Sequence record: SRR31156797_962
Length of the DNA: 64,000 nt
Reading direction: 5' to 3' (one strand)
A program made the position numbers and the translations under genes. Each line of letters opens with the position of its first letter. Positions within the stretch are counted from its first letter, which is position 1. Below the pieces are notes generated by a model that was not told where the DNA came from, did not search any database, and saw only the letters and a list, made by a program, of their open reading frames with translations. This document shows positions 28,539 to 38,210 of the stretch, in pieces.

Positions 28539-30278
28539 ATGAACATAAAGGGAATATTCAAGCCGGAATTCTGGGATGCGGACCCCAAGTCTGCCGGACC
28601 TTACAAGCAGCTGTTTGACTACAAGCGAATCTGGCAGCTTTGTATCGGAATCCTTGTTGCGGTATCTCTTGTTCCCATTTTGATCATGGCCTCTATTGAC
28701 TTCAGCGTCACCCGGGGAGCGATTATATCTGAAAATACCTTGGAGGCGGCAAGGACTACGTCCAATACCCGCCGTTCGGTTTCCTACTTTCTGGAGGAGC
28801 GGAAATCAGCATTACAACTGCTGGTTGAACTGCATGATTTCCGCTCCTTCGGTGACCGGGAAAAACTGGCCCAGATGCTCCTGTCACTGAAAAACAGCTT
28901 CGGTGGATTCATTGATCTTGGCGTAATCAATAAAGAAGGTAAGCAGGTTGCCTATGTCGGTCCTTACAATCTGGAAGGACGGGATTATGCCGGACAGGAT
29001 TGGTTTCTGCAGACTGTGGAGCAGGGTATTTTTATTAGTGAAGTATTTCTCGGATTCCGTGATAGCCCGCACCTTGTTATCGCTGTAAAGCACGTGCTGG
29101 ATAAGAAAAAGAATCGTTTTAAGATCTTGCGTGCGACACTTGATACCAGGCAGTTCAACGGAATCCTGTCCTCGCTGGATCTTTCCGTCGGGGAAGATGT
29201 GTTTCTGGTTAACAGGGAAGGTGTTCTGCAAACCCCATCCAACTGGAACGGTGAAATCTTTTCAAAGATGGGGTTTGAACTCCCCGAGGAATCCTTCCGC
29301 ACAAAAGTTGAACAAATTTCTTATCGCAAGGGAGCCCCGGCAATGGTCGGTTATGCTTACCTTGAAAATACACCCTTTGTGCTCCTCTATGTGAAGACCG
29401 AAGAGGAATATATGGGCGGCTGGCAGAGTTCCCGCGATACGGTGACATGGTTTACTATTGTCAGTATTGCCGTCGTAATTCTGGTCATGTGGGCGGTAGC
29501 TTCTTATCTTGTAGAACGTATCTATATTGCGGACATGACCCGCTCCAAAGCCTTGCAGCAGATGGAGCATCACAACCGCATGGCCTCTATCGGTCGACTT
29601 GCTGCCGGGGTGGCTCACGAGATTAATAACCCCTTGGCTATCATCAATGAAAAAGCCGGGTTGCTTAAGGATCTGTTTACTTTTAGCAAGGCTTATGATG
29701 CAGATGAGCGGGTACTTGGGCTTGTGGATTCAGTTATTGCCTCTGTTGAGCGTTGTGGGCGTATCACCAAGCGGCTGCTTGGTTTTTCCCGCCAGACTGA
29801 TATGGAATTTCGTCCGGTTTATCCGCGCAAGGTGATCGATACCGTGCTGAGTTTTCTGGACAAGGAAGCAGAATACCGCTGTATTGATGTCAGTGTGGAT
29901 GTGGATGATAAAATTTATGAAGTGGTCACTGACCGCGGCAAGCTGGAACAGGTTCTGCTGAACCTGATCAACAATGCTTTTCAGGCCATGAAAGACGGGG
30001 GAGCCCTGCTGGTCAGGGTTGAGCGTGGAGATGAAGGGCAAGTGCTGTTTTCAGTGAAGGATAACGGGTGCGGTATTCCCGAATCAGACCTGAAAAGAAT
30101 TTTTGAACCGTTTTATTCAACAAAAAAGCAATCAGGCGGAACCGGGCTGGGATTATCCATCACCTACGGTCTGGTGCAGGATCTTGGCGGCGAAATGAAA
30201 GTACGGAGCCAGCTGGGTAAAGGCACTGAGTTCTGCTTTATGCTGCCTGTTGTTCCCAATATGAATGGGGAGAGTTAG
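28539..30278 (+). CDS. Sensor histidine kinase with Cache-type periplasmic domain
   Basis: Two TM helices, AHEINNPL, NLINNA, GTGLGL. Confidence 0.95.
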   Translation: MNIKGIFKPEFWDADPKSAGPYKQLFDYKRIWQLCIGILVAVSLVPILIMASIDFSVTRGAIISENTLEAARTTSNTRRSVSYFLEERKSALQLLVELHDFRSFGDREKLAQMLLSLKNSFGGFIDLGVINKEGKQVAYVGPYNLEGRDYAGQDWFLQTVEQGIFISEVFLGFRDSPHLVIAVKHVLDKKKNRFKILRATLDTRQFNGILSSLDLSVGEDVFLVNREGVLQTPSNWNGEIFSKMGFELPEESFRTKVEQISYRKGAPAMVGYAYLENTPFVLLYVKTEEEYMGGWQSSRDTVTWFTIVSIAVVILVMWAVASYLVERIYIADMTRSKALQQMEHHNRMASIGRLAAGVAHEINNPLAIINEKAGLLKDLFTFSKAYDADERVLGLVDSVIASVERCGRITKRLLGFSRQTDMEFRPVYPRKVIDTVLSFLDKEAEYRCIDVSVDVDDKIYEVVTDRGKLEQVLLNLINNAFQAMKDGGALLVRVERGDEGQVLFSVKDNGCGIPESDLKRIFEPFYSTKKQSGGTGLGLSITYGLVQDLGGEMKVRSQLGKGTEFCFMLPVVPNMNGES

Positions 30279-30281
30279 TCG

Positions 30282-30638
30282 ATGAAGATTTTATTGGTTG
30301 ATGATGAATCAGAACTGGTTTCAGCGTTGGCGGAAAGACTTTCCTTTCGGGGATTTGATGCTGACTGGGCCTGTTCCGGAGCAGAGGCCATAGACAAGGT
30401 AAAAGAGAATGAGTACGACCTCGCGGTTCTGGATGTAAAAATGCCACGTATGAGCGGGCTGGAGTTGCGGGGCGAACTGAACAAGATTCGTTCAGGTATG
30501 AAATATATTTTTCTTTCCGGCCACGGTTCGGAAGAAGATTACAAGGCGGGAGCGGCTGAAGCAGAGTGCTATCTGGTTAAACCCGTTAAGATTGAAGAGC
30601 TGGTGGAAAAGATTAATCTGGCTCTTGGATCTGAATAA
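30282..30638 (+). CDS. Single-domain response regulator
   Basis: LVDDE, LDVKMP, SGHG, VKP. Confidence 0.95.
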   Translation: MKILLVDDESELVSALAERLSFRGFDADWACSGAEAIDKVKENEYDLAVLDVKMPRMSGLELRGELNKIRSGMKYIFLSGHGSEEDYKAGAAEAECYLVKPVKIEELVEKINLALGSE

Positions 30639-30658
30639 ACATTCATAAGGAGTATCGC

Positions 30659-31291
30659 ATGGGAGCATCAGCACCGCAGAAAGACCGTGACGGGCTCTGC
30701 TTTTTTGGGCAGATCAGCGCGGCCATTTCCCATGACCTCAAAAATGTCTTGGCAATCATCAATGAAGATGCCGGCTTGTTGCAGGATTTTTCACTCATGG
30801 CTGCGCAGGGTATGGAACTTGACCCACCACGTCTGGTTAAACTAGCGGAAAAAATTCAGGGTCAGGTCAAAAGAGGTGATGGAATCATCAAAAACATGAA
30901 CCGGTTTGCCCACAGTGTGGACCTCCCGGTATGTGATGTTGATTTTCGCGAACTCACGGAACTGGTAATTTCCCTGCTGACTCGCATAGCCTCGCGCAAG
31001 TGTGTCACGGTAAATCTTAAGGAAGGCGAACAGGTCAACGGTAAAGGCGACCCGTTCACCATCCAGATGCTTATGGCTAAAGCTTTTGAGTATTCCATGG
31101 ATAGTGCCGGCAGGGATGGAGAACTCGGCATCGAGGTAAGCTCCGCAGGCGGTGTGAATGCCGTCGCAATTTCAGGATTGAGTGATGCAATTTCTGATGA
31201 ACAGCTGGCCGAGCTTAAATCAATTGCCGTTAAAGCGGGTGCAAAACCCGCATATGTCCCGCAGGACAATATATTAACTCTTAATTTTTAA
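30659..31291 (+). CDS. HisKA-containing protein with degenerate ATPase domain
   Basis: ISHDLKNVL H-box present; no recognisable N, G1 or G2 boxes. Confidence 0.75.
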   Translation: MGASAPQKDRDGLCFFGQISAAISHDLKNVLAIINEDAGLLQDFSLMAAQGMELDPPRLVKLAEKIQGQVKRGDGIIKNMNRFAHSVDLPVCDVDFRELTELVISLLTRIASRKCVTVNLKEGEQVNGKGDPFTIQMLMAKAFEYSMDSAGRDGELGIEVSSAGGVNAVAISGLSDAISDEQLAELKSIAVKAGAKPAYVPQDNILTLNF

Positions 31292-31327
31292 TTACTTTAA
31301 ACTGCTTCATGCAGGTGGAGAGAAAAG

Positions 31328-31756
31328 ATGGCAGAAAAAGTACTTCTGGTTGATGACGAAAAGGAATTTGTTGAAGGTTTGGCTGAACGTATGGAGCTGC
31401 GTGGTATGAATGTAACCGCATGTACCAACCCGCAGGAAGCCCTCGACAAAGTTGATGCTGAATCCTTTGACGCAATCGTGCTTGATCTCCAGATGCCCGG
31501 AATCGACGGCATTGAGGCTCTCAAGCACATCAAAAAGACCAGACCCGAAATGCAGGTGATCCTGCTCAGCGGTCATGCAACTGTTGAAAAGGGAATTGAG
31601 GCCATGAAGCTCGGCGCAATGGATTTCGTTGAAAAACCTGCCGACATCAACGTGCTTACCGATAAGATTAAAAAAGCACAGGCCAAGAAAATGATCATCG
31701 TAGAAGAAAAGACCGAAGAAAAAGTTAAGGATATTCTGAGCCACAAGGGTTGGTAG
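31328..31756 (+). CDS. Single-domain response regulator
   Basis: LVDDE, LDLQMP, SGH, EKP. Confidence 0.95.
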   Translation: MAEKVLLVDDEKEFVEGLAERMELRGMNVTACTNPQEALDKVDAESFDAIVLDLQMPGIDGIEALKHIKKTRPEMQVILLSGHATVEKGIEAMKLGAMDFVEKPADINVLTDKIKKAQAKKMIIVEEKTEEKVKDILSHKGW

Positions 31757-31780
31757 GAATACTTGATTACTATTAATAGC

Positions 31781-31819
31781 AAAAAGCCCCGTACTCGGTT
31801 GAGTGTAGGGCTTTTTTTT
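31781..31819. terminator. Bidirectional intrinsic terminator
   Basis: AAAAAGCCCCGTACTC-GGTT-GAGTGTAGGGCTTTTTTTT (imperfect stem). Confidence 0.75.
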
Positions 31820-31909
31820 AGTTGTTAAATCAGTTGGTTCAAAGGACTATTGTGATCCAATAATTGCAAAACAATAGTAAATTTTATTCAAAAGCAATAG
31901 TCATAATAA

Positions 31910-34252
31910 TTACTGGTCATTAAGCAGCAGCTGCCCATAAACTGCCTGTCCTAGGGATATGCAACCATCGTTAGGCGGCAGGTAGCGGTGGACCAGCGGA
32001 GTCAGATCTCGCTTTTGTAATTCCACGGGCAATTCTACGGCGATGGTCAGGTTCTGCATGACTCCGCCGCTTAAGCCTACGGTCTTGATTCCGGTTTGTT
32101 TGGCAATTTGCTCTGCGCAATCCGCAAGTCCTAAGATTAGACCACGATGGAAACGGCGGCTGATGACTGCCGTGGATATACCGTTCTGGAAATCTGTAAA
32201 GGCCTGCTTGAAAAGTTCTCCGGTGCAGATTTCGTATGGTTCATCTGATTTGTCGAGGGGGCAATCATAGACCCCGGTTTCATTCATATCTTGCATTTTT
32301 TCGAGAATGATGGCCGCCTGTCCTTCGTAGGATATTGCGGAGCATAGGCCGAGCATGGCTGAGACAGCGTCAAAAAGGCGACCGCAACTGCTGGTCAGCG
32401 GGCAGTTGATATTTTTCTCCAGCATCTGATCAAACATTTTCAGGCCGGATTGAAATTGATCCGGTACCGGAACTAAATTTACATCAAGGCTGAGGTCCTT
32501 TGCTGCTGCACGGGCAATGCGCCATGGTTCACGTACAGCAGCTTCTCCTCCGGGGAGACGCAGGTGGGTGAAACGGGCCAGCCGTTTGTGTTCCAGTTTT
32601 TTGTTATCCACCAGCAGACACTCGCCGCCCCAGATGGTGCGGTCCTCGCCCAGTCCTGTCCCGTCGAGAGCCAGGCCAAGCGCGGGCCCCTGATGTTTGT
32701 TCTCGGCAAGAACAGCGTGAATGTGGGCGTAGTGGTGCTGGAGAGTCGTTCGCTCAATTCCTCTCGCCAGTGAAATTTCTTCGGCAAATCCTGTGGTCAG
32801 GTAATCCGGATGCAGGTCGTGGACGATGAGTTCCGGTTTGACCTTAAGGATGGATTGCAGGTGCAGCCGGATTTCTTTCCAGAAATTAGCGGTCTCAAGG
32901 TTCTGCATATCGCCGATATGTTGGCTGCTGAAAGCCTGATCGCCCTTGGTCAGGCAAAGGGTGTTTTTCAGTTCCGGTCCGGTTCCCAGAACGCAAGGTC
33001 CGTCCTGCGCAAGGAAAACCGGAGAGGGAGTGAAGCCCCTGGCCCGACGCATGAAGACTGTGCGTGATTCTGATTCGCCGTTAAATTCAGCAACAGAGCG
33101 AGCAACAGAGTCATCTACTCGGATGAGGATGTCCCGGTTGTGAAAGAGGAATACATCCACAATGTGCGGGAGTCGTTTCAGGGCTTCGCGGTTGCCGATA
33201 CAAATGGGCGCGGAACTCATGTTCCCGGAAGTCATGACCAGTGCGGCAGGTTTGTCCGAATCATTCAAGGCTGAGAAATATTTGAGTAGTACCTGATGCA
33301 GCGGGGTGTAGGGCACCATCAGTCCGATGAAGTCCGTATCCGGTGCAATCTCAGGAGCAAGGGAATAGTTGTCACCTTTGGGTGCCAGTACGATTGGCCG
33401 TTGCAAACCTTCCAGCAGTTCAATGTCGTTGTCGGGTAGATCTGCAAGTTTGCGCGCTTCATCTACGTCGCGGAGCATGACTGCTAATGGTTTGTCCGGG
33501 CGGTTCTTACGCTCGCGCAGGGTGCGCACCGCTTCAGTATTTGATGCATCGCAGACCAGATGGAATCCGCCTAGCCCTTTTACTCCGGCAACTTTTCCAT
33601 CAGCCAACAGTTTTGCCAGTTCTCGCAGGGCTGTTTCCGGTCCGGCAAGTTCATTGCCCTCGTTATCGGTGAGCCAGACTTTGGGGCCGCAATCAGCACA
33701 GGCATTGGGCTGGGCATGGAAGCGACGGTCCAGTGGATCTTCGTACTCCGTACGGCAGTCGTCGCAGAGTTCGAAGCAGGCCATGGAGGTCACTGGGCGG
33801 TCATAAGGAATTGACTTAGTGATAGTGTAGCGCGGACCGCAATTGGTGCAGTTGGTGAAGGGGTATTCGTAACGGCGGTTCTGCGGATCATTCATGTCCG
33901 CGAAACAGTCCGGGCAGGTCGCCACGTCCGGGCTGATCAGCACGCAATGCCCTTCCCCGGCAGTGGAAGCCAGAATGCAGAATTTTTCTTCGCCCTCGAC
34001 GACTTCAAGATTTTCTTTTTTCAGCGAAACAATGTGGGCCAGCCTCGGCAGGTCGTCTTGAAAAGACAGGTCAAATCCATTCAGGGCATCATCGCTGCCC
34101 TGTAGCTCTATGAGTACTCCCTCTGGGCTGTTCAGCACCGTGCCGGAAAGTTTGTGTTTGAGGGCGGTCTTGTACACAAAGGGCCTGAAACCAACCCCTT
34201 GCACCTGTCCGGTTACAGTGAGCAGCCTGCGGGAAATTTTATTTGAGGTCAT
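31910..34252 (-). CDS. hypF: Hydrogenase maturation carbamoyltransferase HypF
   Basis: GQVQGVGFRPFV, CTNCGPRY, RRFHAQP, HDLHPDY, QHHYAH, NDGCISLGQ. Confidence 0.97.
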   Translation of the reverse strand: MTSNKISRRLLTVTGQVQGVGFRPFVYKTALKHKLSGTVLNSPEGVLIELQGSDDALNGFDLSFQDDLPRLAHIVSLKKENLEVVEGEEKFCILASTAGEGHCVLISPDVATCPDCFADMNDPQNRRYEYPFTNCTNCGPRYTITKSIPYDRPVTSMACFELCDDCRTEYEDPLDRRFHAQPNACADCGPKVWLTDNEGNELAGPETALRELAKLLADGKVAGVKGLGGFHLVCDASNTEAVRTLRERKNRPDKPLAVMLRDVDEARKLADLPDNDIELLEGLQRPIVLAPKGDNYSLAPEIAPDTDFIGLMVPYTPLHQVLLKYFSALNDSDKPAALVMTSGNMSSAPICIGNREALKRLPHIVDVFLFHNRDILIRVDDSVARSVAEFNGESESRTVFMRRARGFTPSPVFLAQDGPCVLGTGPELKNTLCLTKGDQAFSSQHIGDMQNLETANFWKEIRLHLQSILKVKPELIVHDLHPDYLTTGFAEEISLARGIERTTLQHHYAHIHAVLAENKHQGPALGLALDGTGLGEDRTIWGGECLLVDNKKLEHKRLARFTHLRLPGGEAAVREPWRIARAAAKDLSLDVNLVPVPDQFQSGLKMFDQMLEKNINCPLTSSCGRLFDAVSAMLGLCSAISYEGQAAIILEKMQDMNETGVYDCPLDKSDEPYEICTGELFKQAFTDFQNGISTAVISRRFHRGLILGLADCAEQIAKQTGIKTVGLSGGVMQNLTIAVELPVELQKRDLTPLVHRYLPPNDGCISLGQAVYGQLLLNDQ

Positions 34253-34295
34253 CAGTAGAAATTCTCTTTTTTTGAGGATCAACTTGAGGGCTTAT

Positions 34296-35228
34296 TTATA
34301 GGAACTTGCTGAAAAGGGATTTGATACGTCCTTTTACAAAACGGACCGGCTCAAATTCCATGGGCTTCAATTTTTCGGGTAGAATGAAATCAGTGGTGTC
34401 AAAATCATCTGGTGGTTCGATTACATATTTGATGTGGTCCGGGTCGTAACCGTGGATTCTCTGGCACGCGCTTTCCCGCCAGAGTAGTATCTTTTTGGGG
34501 CTGAGACCCAGCAGCATATATATGGCAGTATCAAGGGCAAATGGGTTGGTAGATCCTGCCAGCAAACTCATGGGATAGGGCTTGCCGCTGATTGGTCCCG
34601 ATTCGTGCATGGGGTAAATGGCATCCATTAGATTGAAGGCCAAGGGCATGGAATTAACCACTTCAATGATCATTTTTTCCATCAGTCTTGGTGTTTCACC
34701 AAAACGGGTATGGGCGTAGGCTTTGCGGAAACCTACCACTGTGCCGAAAAGGTTTTTCACCGCTCCGGTGACCACGAATTGTCCATGGGCTTTCAGCTTG
34801 GGGACGTTGATGATCATGTCCGATTCAAGGGCATCACGGGATATGCCGATGGTTTCGCCAAAGGAAAGTTTGAGTGGAGTCGGGCGGCCTAGACTTTTAG
34901 GTTTCAGGCCCATCTTTTTCAAGCCGTCAGTCATGCCGATGGCTTTGGAAACCTGAGCAGCACTGCCGTAGCCCGGAGAGTCCGCAACTGTAATCTGTGC
35001 TCCGCAATCCTTGAGGTAACGGCACAGGGAGAGGGTTACGTTGGGATGAGTGCAGGCCAGCGGATTTTTTGAGGAGACCAGATTGGGTTTAACCAGAACT
35101 TTGGCTCCGGGATTAACCTTAAACCCGCATTCCTCAAGGGTCATTGCTACTGCCGTATCAAGAAATGTGGATTCATATTCAAGGATACGGAAAAAGGCGA
35201 CAGGCACTTTCGGATTTTTACTGCTCAT
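34296..35228 (-). CDS. DUF362 domain protein
   Basis: VLVKPNL, THP, NVPKLKAH, TGAVKNLFG. Confidence 0.9.
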   Translation of the reverse strand: MSSKNPKVPVAFFRILEYESTFLDTAVAMTLEECGFKVNPGAKVLVKPNLVSSKNPLACTHPNVTLSLCRYLKDCGAQITVADSPGYGSAAQVSKAIGMTDGLKKMGLKPKSLGRPTPLKLSFGETIGISRDALESDMIINVPKLKAHGQFVVTGAVKNLFGTVVGFRKAYAHTRFGETPRLMEKMIIEVVNSMPLAFNLMDAIYPMHESGPISGKPYPMSLLAGSTNPFALDTAIYMLLGLSPKKILLWRESACQRIHGYDPDHIKYVIEPPDDFDTTDFILPEKLKPMEFEPVRFVKGRIKSLFSKFL

Positions 35229-36555
35229 CTGGTTTTATCTCTTTTTTTGCCGCTAGCGGGGCTTTTCCCGGTTTTTTTTCTGCCGGTTGGGCAGCAGGCT
35301 TCTTTTTCTTCTTTGTGCCTGTTTCCGGTTTAGGTTTGGCTGCAGCTTTTTTTCTCCCCTGCTGAGTAGTTACTTTTTTGCCATTGGTTTGTGAAGTGGG
35401 CTCTTTTACTTTTTTGCCGGGGGCTGTTTTTTTGATAGGTTTCCCCTCAGCGTCTTTTTTGATTGGCCGTTTCTTTTTCTCTGCAGGCTGAACAGTTTTT
35501 TTCTTGCCGGCGCCCGCAGTACTTTCTTTCGCTGCTGATTTTTGTCCGGCGGCTTTCTTTTTTAAAACTCTTTTTGTTTGTTGTTCGCCGGATGCAGCCT
35601 TTTTCTTGAGCGCCTTGGCTGTCTGGTCCGGGGCTTCTTTTTCCTTTTTAGCTGCTTTTTTTTGGGCGCTGCCGGAGTCTTCTGGTTTTGCTTTCGGTTT
35701 TGTTTTCTTTTTCAGTGCTTCCTTGTTGGTTTTGGTGCTTTTTTTCTTTTTTGCCTGTTCCTCTTTCTTCTTTTTTATGGCCTTGGCTTTGGCCGCTCTT
35801 TTTTTCTTGGCAGCAAGGGCTTTTTTTTGGGTGTCAGACAATTCTCGGCCTAGTTTAACGCGCACGCTTTTCATGAAATCTTCTGATGCAAGAGTGCCGA
35901 AAAAAAAGAAATTGGACATATCCCAGAGAATGGCAAATAGAAGTATTCCTAACGTCCCTAAGGTTAGATAGACATATCCGGAAGTCTGACTGACTGGTAA
36001 GGCTTCACGTAGATTGTATGCTGGGATGAGCAGTTCTTTCCGGATTGTCTTGATCAGCTTTTCCTGTGCTCCTTTTTCTTGTGAAGCCATGGCAACAGCC
36101 AGCTTTTGTAATATCCGGTCGAGATAATACATGGCCTGTGTTGCTGGCATGGAATATCTGTGCTGCAAGGCATTGAACCTGTTTAAGTAAAGCAGGTGAA
36201 TATCGTCCATGAAAAATTTGAGAGTGTAGCCAAAGTCGCCCTGAATGTTGACCTTCCGTCCCTTGGGAGTCACAGTCAGTTTATTGCGCAGGAACATCAT
36301 TGTCGTAATGCGCGCTTCATCATTGTTCCGAAAGACGAGCGTGGTTTTGAAATTTTTGCCGAGGAATTTGTTGTTTTCAGCTTCAATCTTCAGGAAAGGG
36401 GGTTTAACACCTTTGCGTAAGGAATTGAATGTGGATTCCATGGCTTCGAATCCATCTGCACCGTTAAACAACGGCAGGTGCATGGCCCCGACTATGAGCA
36501 TGCTGGAAACAAAAAGCATAGCCGCGATGGTGAGGGTTTTTATGGAGTAGGTCAT
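35218..36555 (-). CDS. Membrane protein with long Lys/Ala-rich (histone H1-like) C-terminal tail
   Basis: Two hydrophobic segments then about 200 aa of K/A-rich low complexity; overlaps both neighbours. Confidence 0.8.
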   Translation of the reverse strand: MTYSIKTLTIAAMLFVSSMLIVGAMHLPLFNGADGFEAMESTFNSLRKGVKPPFLKIEAENNKFLGKNFKTTLVFRNNDEARITTMMFLRNKLTVTPKGRKVNIQGDFGYTLKFFMDDIHLLYLNRFNALQHRYSMPATQAMYYLDRILQKLAVAMASQEKGAQEKLIKTIRKELLIPAYNLREALPVSQTSGYVYLTLGTLGILLFAILWDMSNFFFFGTLASEDFMKSVRVKLGRELSDTQKKALAAKKKRAAKAKAIKKKKEEQAKKKKSTKTNKEALKKKTKPKAKPEDSGSAQKKAAKKEKEAPDQTAKALKKKAASGEQQTKRVLKKKAAGQKSAAKESTAGAGKKKTVQPAEKKKRPIKKDAEGKPIKKTAPGKKVKEPTSQTNGKKVTTQQGRKKAAAKPKPETGTKKKKKPAAQPAEKKPGKAPLAAKKEIKPDEQ

Positions 36556-38009
36556 TTCTTTTCCTCCTCTTCCTCAACCGGTTGCAGGGATTTGTATATT
36601 CCGCTCAGGAAGGCGAAGAATATCCATCCTCCGAAAATTCCGGCTCCGATAAGTAGGATGTATGATCCGCTTGAATTCAAGGTTGATACCAGACCAGAAT
36701 CAATGGAGGCACCGGCCTTGCGTAACAGAGCAGGAATAGCCAGTATTCGGTTGATGATGACCGAGACCACCAGCAGGGCAACCAGTCCTTTAACCCGGTA
36801 GGGCAGGATGTTCTTCAGGCTTTTGCTGCCTAAATGCAGTCCGGTGATGGTTCCGAAGACTAATCCTGTTATGCAGTAAATGTTGATGAATCCATTTAAG
36901 CCGTATGTGGACATGGATAGGCCGCCTGTTGAAAGGGCCAATCTCGCCAGATCAGTCCCGGCCACCAGTGCAGCAACACAGCCAAATCCTTTGGTCATAA
37001 CCGTAAAGGTTAGGATTACCCCGCCAGATCCGGTGATGGCCATGAAGAATCCGCCGATAACAGTCAGGAAAAAGATTGGTAGGATTGGGATGCTCTCCGA
37101 TTTGTCCTCTTCCCCTGCTTTGTCCAGATCCGGTTCCTCTCCATCTCGTCTCATTTCAGCAGGTTCCAGTTCGTCATTCCCATCCTCTTTAATAGTGGAG
37201 GGAAATTTGATGTAGGGCGGCAGTTTCATGCTGCGCATGCTGCGAGCAATTTCCCATGGCTCTTCGTCGGGGTACAACTCATCTTCAAATTGCGGTTCTG
37301 GCTCAGGTTCTTTTTTCGCTTGCGGTTGTCCTTCTGCTCCTTCTTTGGGTTCTCCTTCCGTATTCTTATCTTCTCCCTTTGCTTGTTCTGCAGGGGCATC
37401 AGGTTGGGTGTTTATTGCCTCTTGTTCCTTGTTTTCTTCCTGTTCTTTGCGCAACAGTTCAAGAGCATATTTTTGTGCTGCTTCGCGGAAATCCGGGATA
37501 ATTATGACTGAGTATACGATCAGCCAGATGGCGATCATGGATGATATGAAGATGTCATTCCCGGCTGGGTCGGCAATGAAAATTGTTTTGCATAACGCGT
37601 AGCCTGCGAGTCCTCCAAGCACCGTGCCGACAGTCATGATCAAGGCTAATATGTATTTGATACGGCGGTTGATGCCCATACGCAGGCTTTGGATAGTGCT
37701 GAAGATAAACAGTCGCAACATTTCTGAACCGACAGCGTATATACCGCTTACTCCTGCGGTCATCAGTGCCGGGACAACCAGCAGTCCACCGCCAGCGCCG
37801 ATAACTGAGCTGAGCATTCCGGTAACTAGACCTATGGCTGCGCATTGGAAAAATCCCGGACCGTCTGCGTCCGGCAGGATGTATGGATTGTTTGCTCTTC
37901 CAATGTAGTTGGGAATTTTGATGTCTGCTGCATATAACAGCAGGGGGCAGAGCAGAAGAAATACTGCGCTGACAAGTAGGAATATAGCTCGGCCGGAAGG
38001 TTTCTTCAT
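36552..38009 (-). CDS. TauE/SafE (TSUP) family exporter with acidic insertion
   Basis: IGAGGGLLVVPALM, AVGSE and AGTDL motifs; many TM helices; E/D/P-rich central loop. Confidence 0.85.
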   Translation of the reverse strand: MKKPSGRAIFLLVSAVFLLLCPLLLYAADIKIPNYIGRANNPYILPDADGPGFFQCAAIGLVTGMLSSVIGAGGGLLVVPALMTAGVSGIYAVGSEMLRLFIFSTIQSLRMGINRRIKYILALIMTVGTVLGGLAGYALCKTIFIADPAGNDIFISSMIAIWLIVYSVIIIPDFREAAQKYALELLRKEQEENKEQEAINTQPDAPAEQAKGEDKNTEGEPKEGAEGQPQAKKEPEPEPQFEDELYPDEEPWEIARSMRSMKLPPYIKFPSTIKEDGNDELEPAEMRRDGEEPDLDKAGEEDKSESIPILPIFFLTVIGGFFMAITGSGGVILTFTVMTKGFGCVAALVAGTDLARLALSTGGLSMSTYGLNGFINIYCITGLVFGTITGLHLGSKSLKNILPYRVKGLVALLVVSVIINRILAIPALLRKAGASIDSGLVSTLNSSGSYILLIGAGIFGGWIFFAFLSGIYKSLQPVEEEEEKK

Positions 38010-38210
38010 GTGGTTCCCTGCCTGATTGAGTAATGATTTTATTTACATATAAAAAGAATTGGGAAATATATCAACCACCTGTCTTCTCTTTTCATCCTTA
38101 TTCCGGAGGGCAACTTGCGCTTGCTTTTTTTAAGTAGTAGAAGTTTAGCCCTGATCATAAATATTGGTTTATATTTTAAAAGCTTAAGTCTAAGGTGAAG
38201 CGGGGTTGTC

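Noticed and set aside
35504-35971. Phe-rich plus-strand ORFs, and the many other antisense ORFs in the track
   Set aside because: They are shadows of the Lys-rich or other well-supported genes on the opposite strand, with no RBS or motifs of their own.
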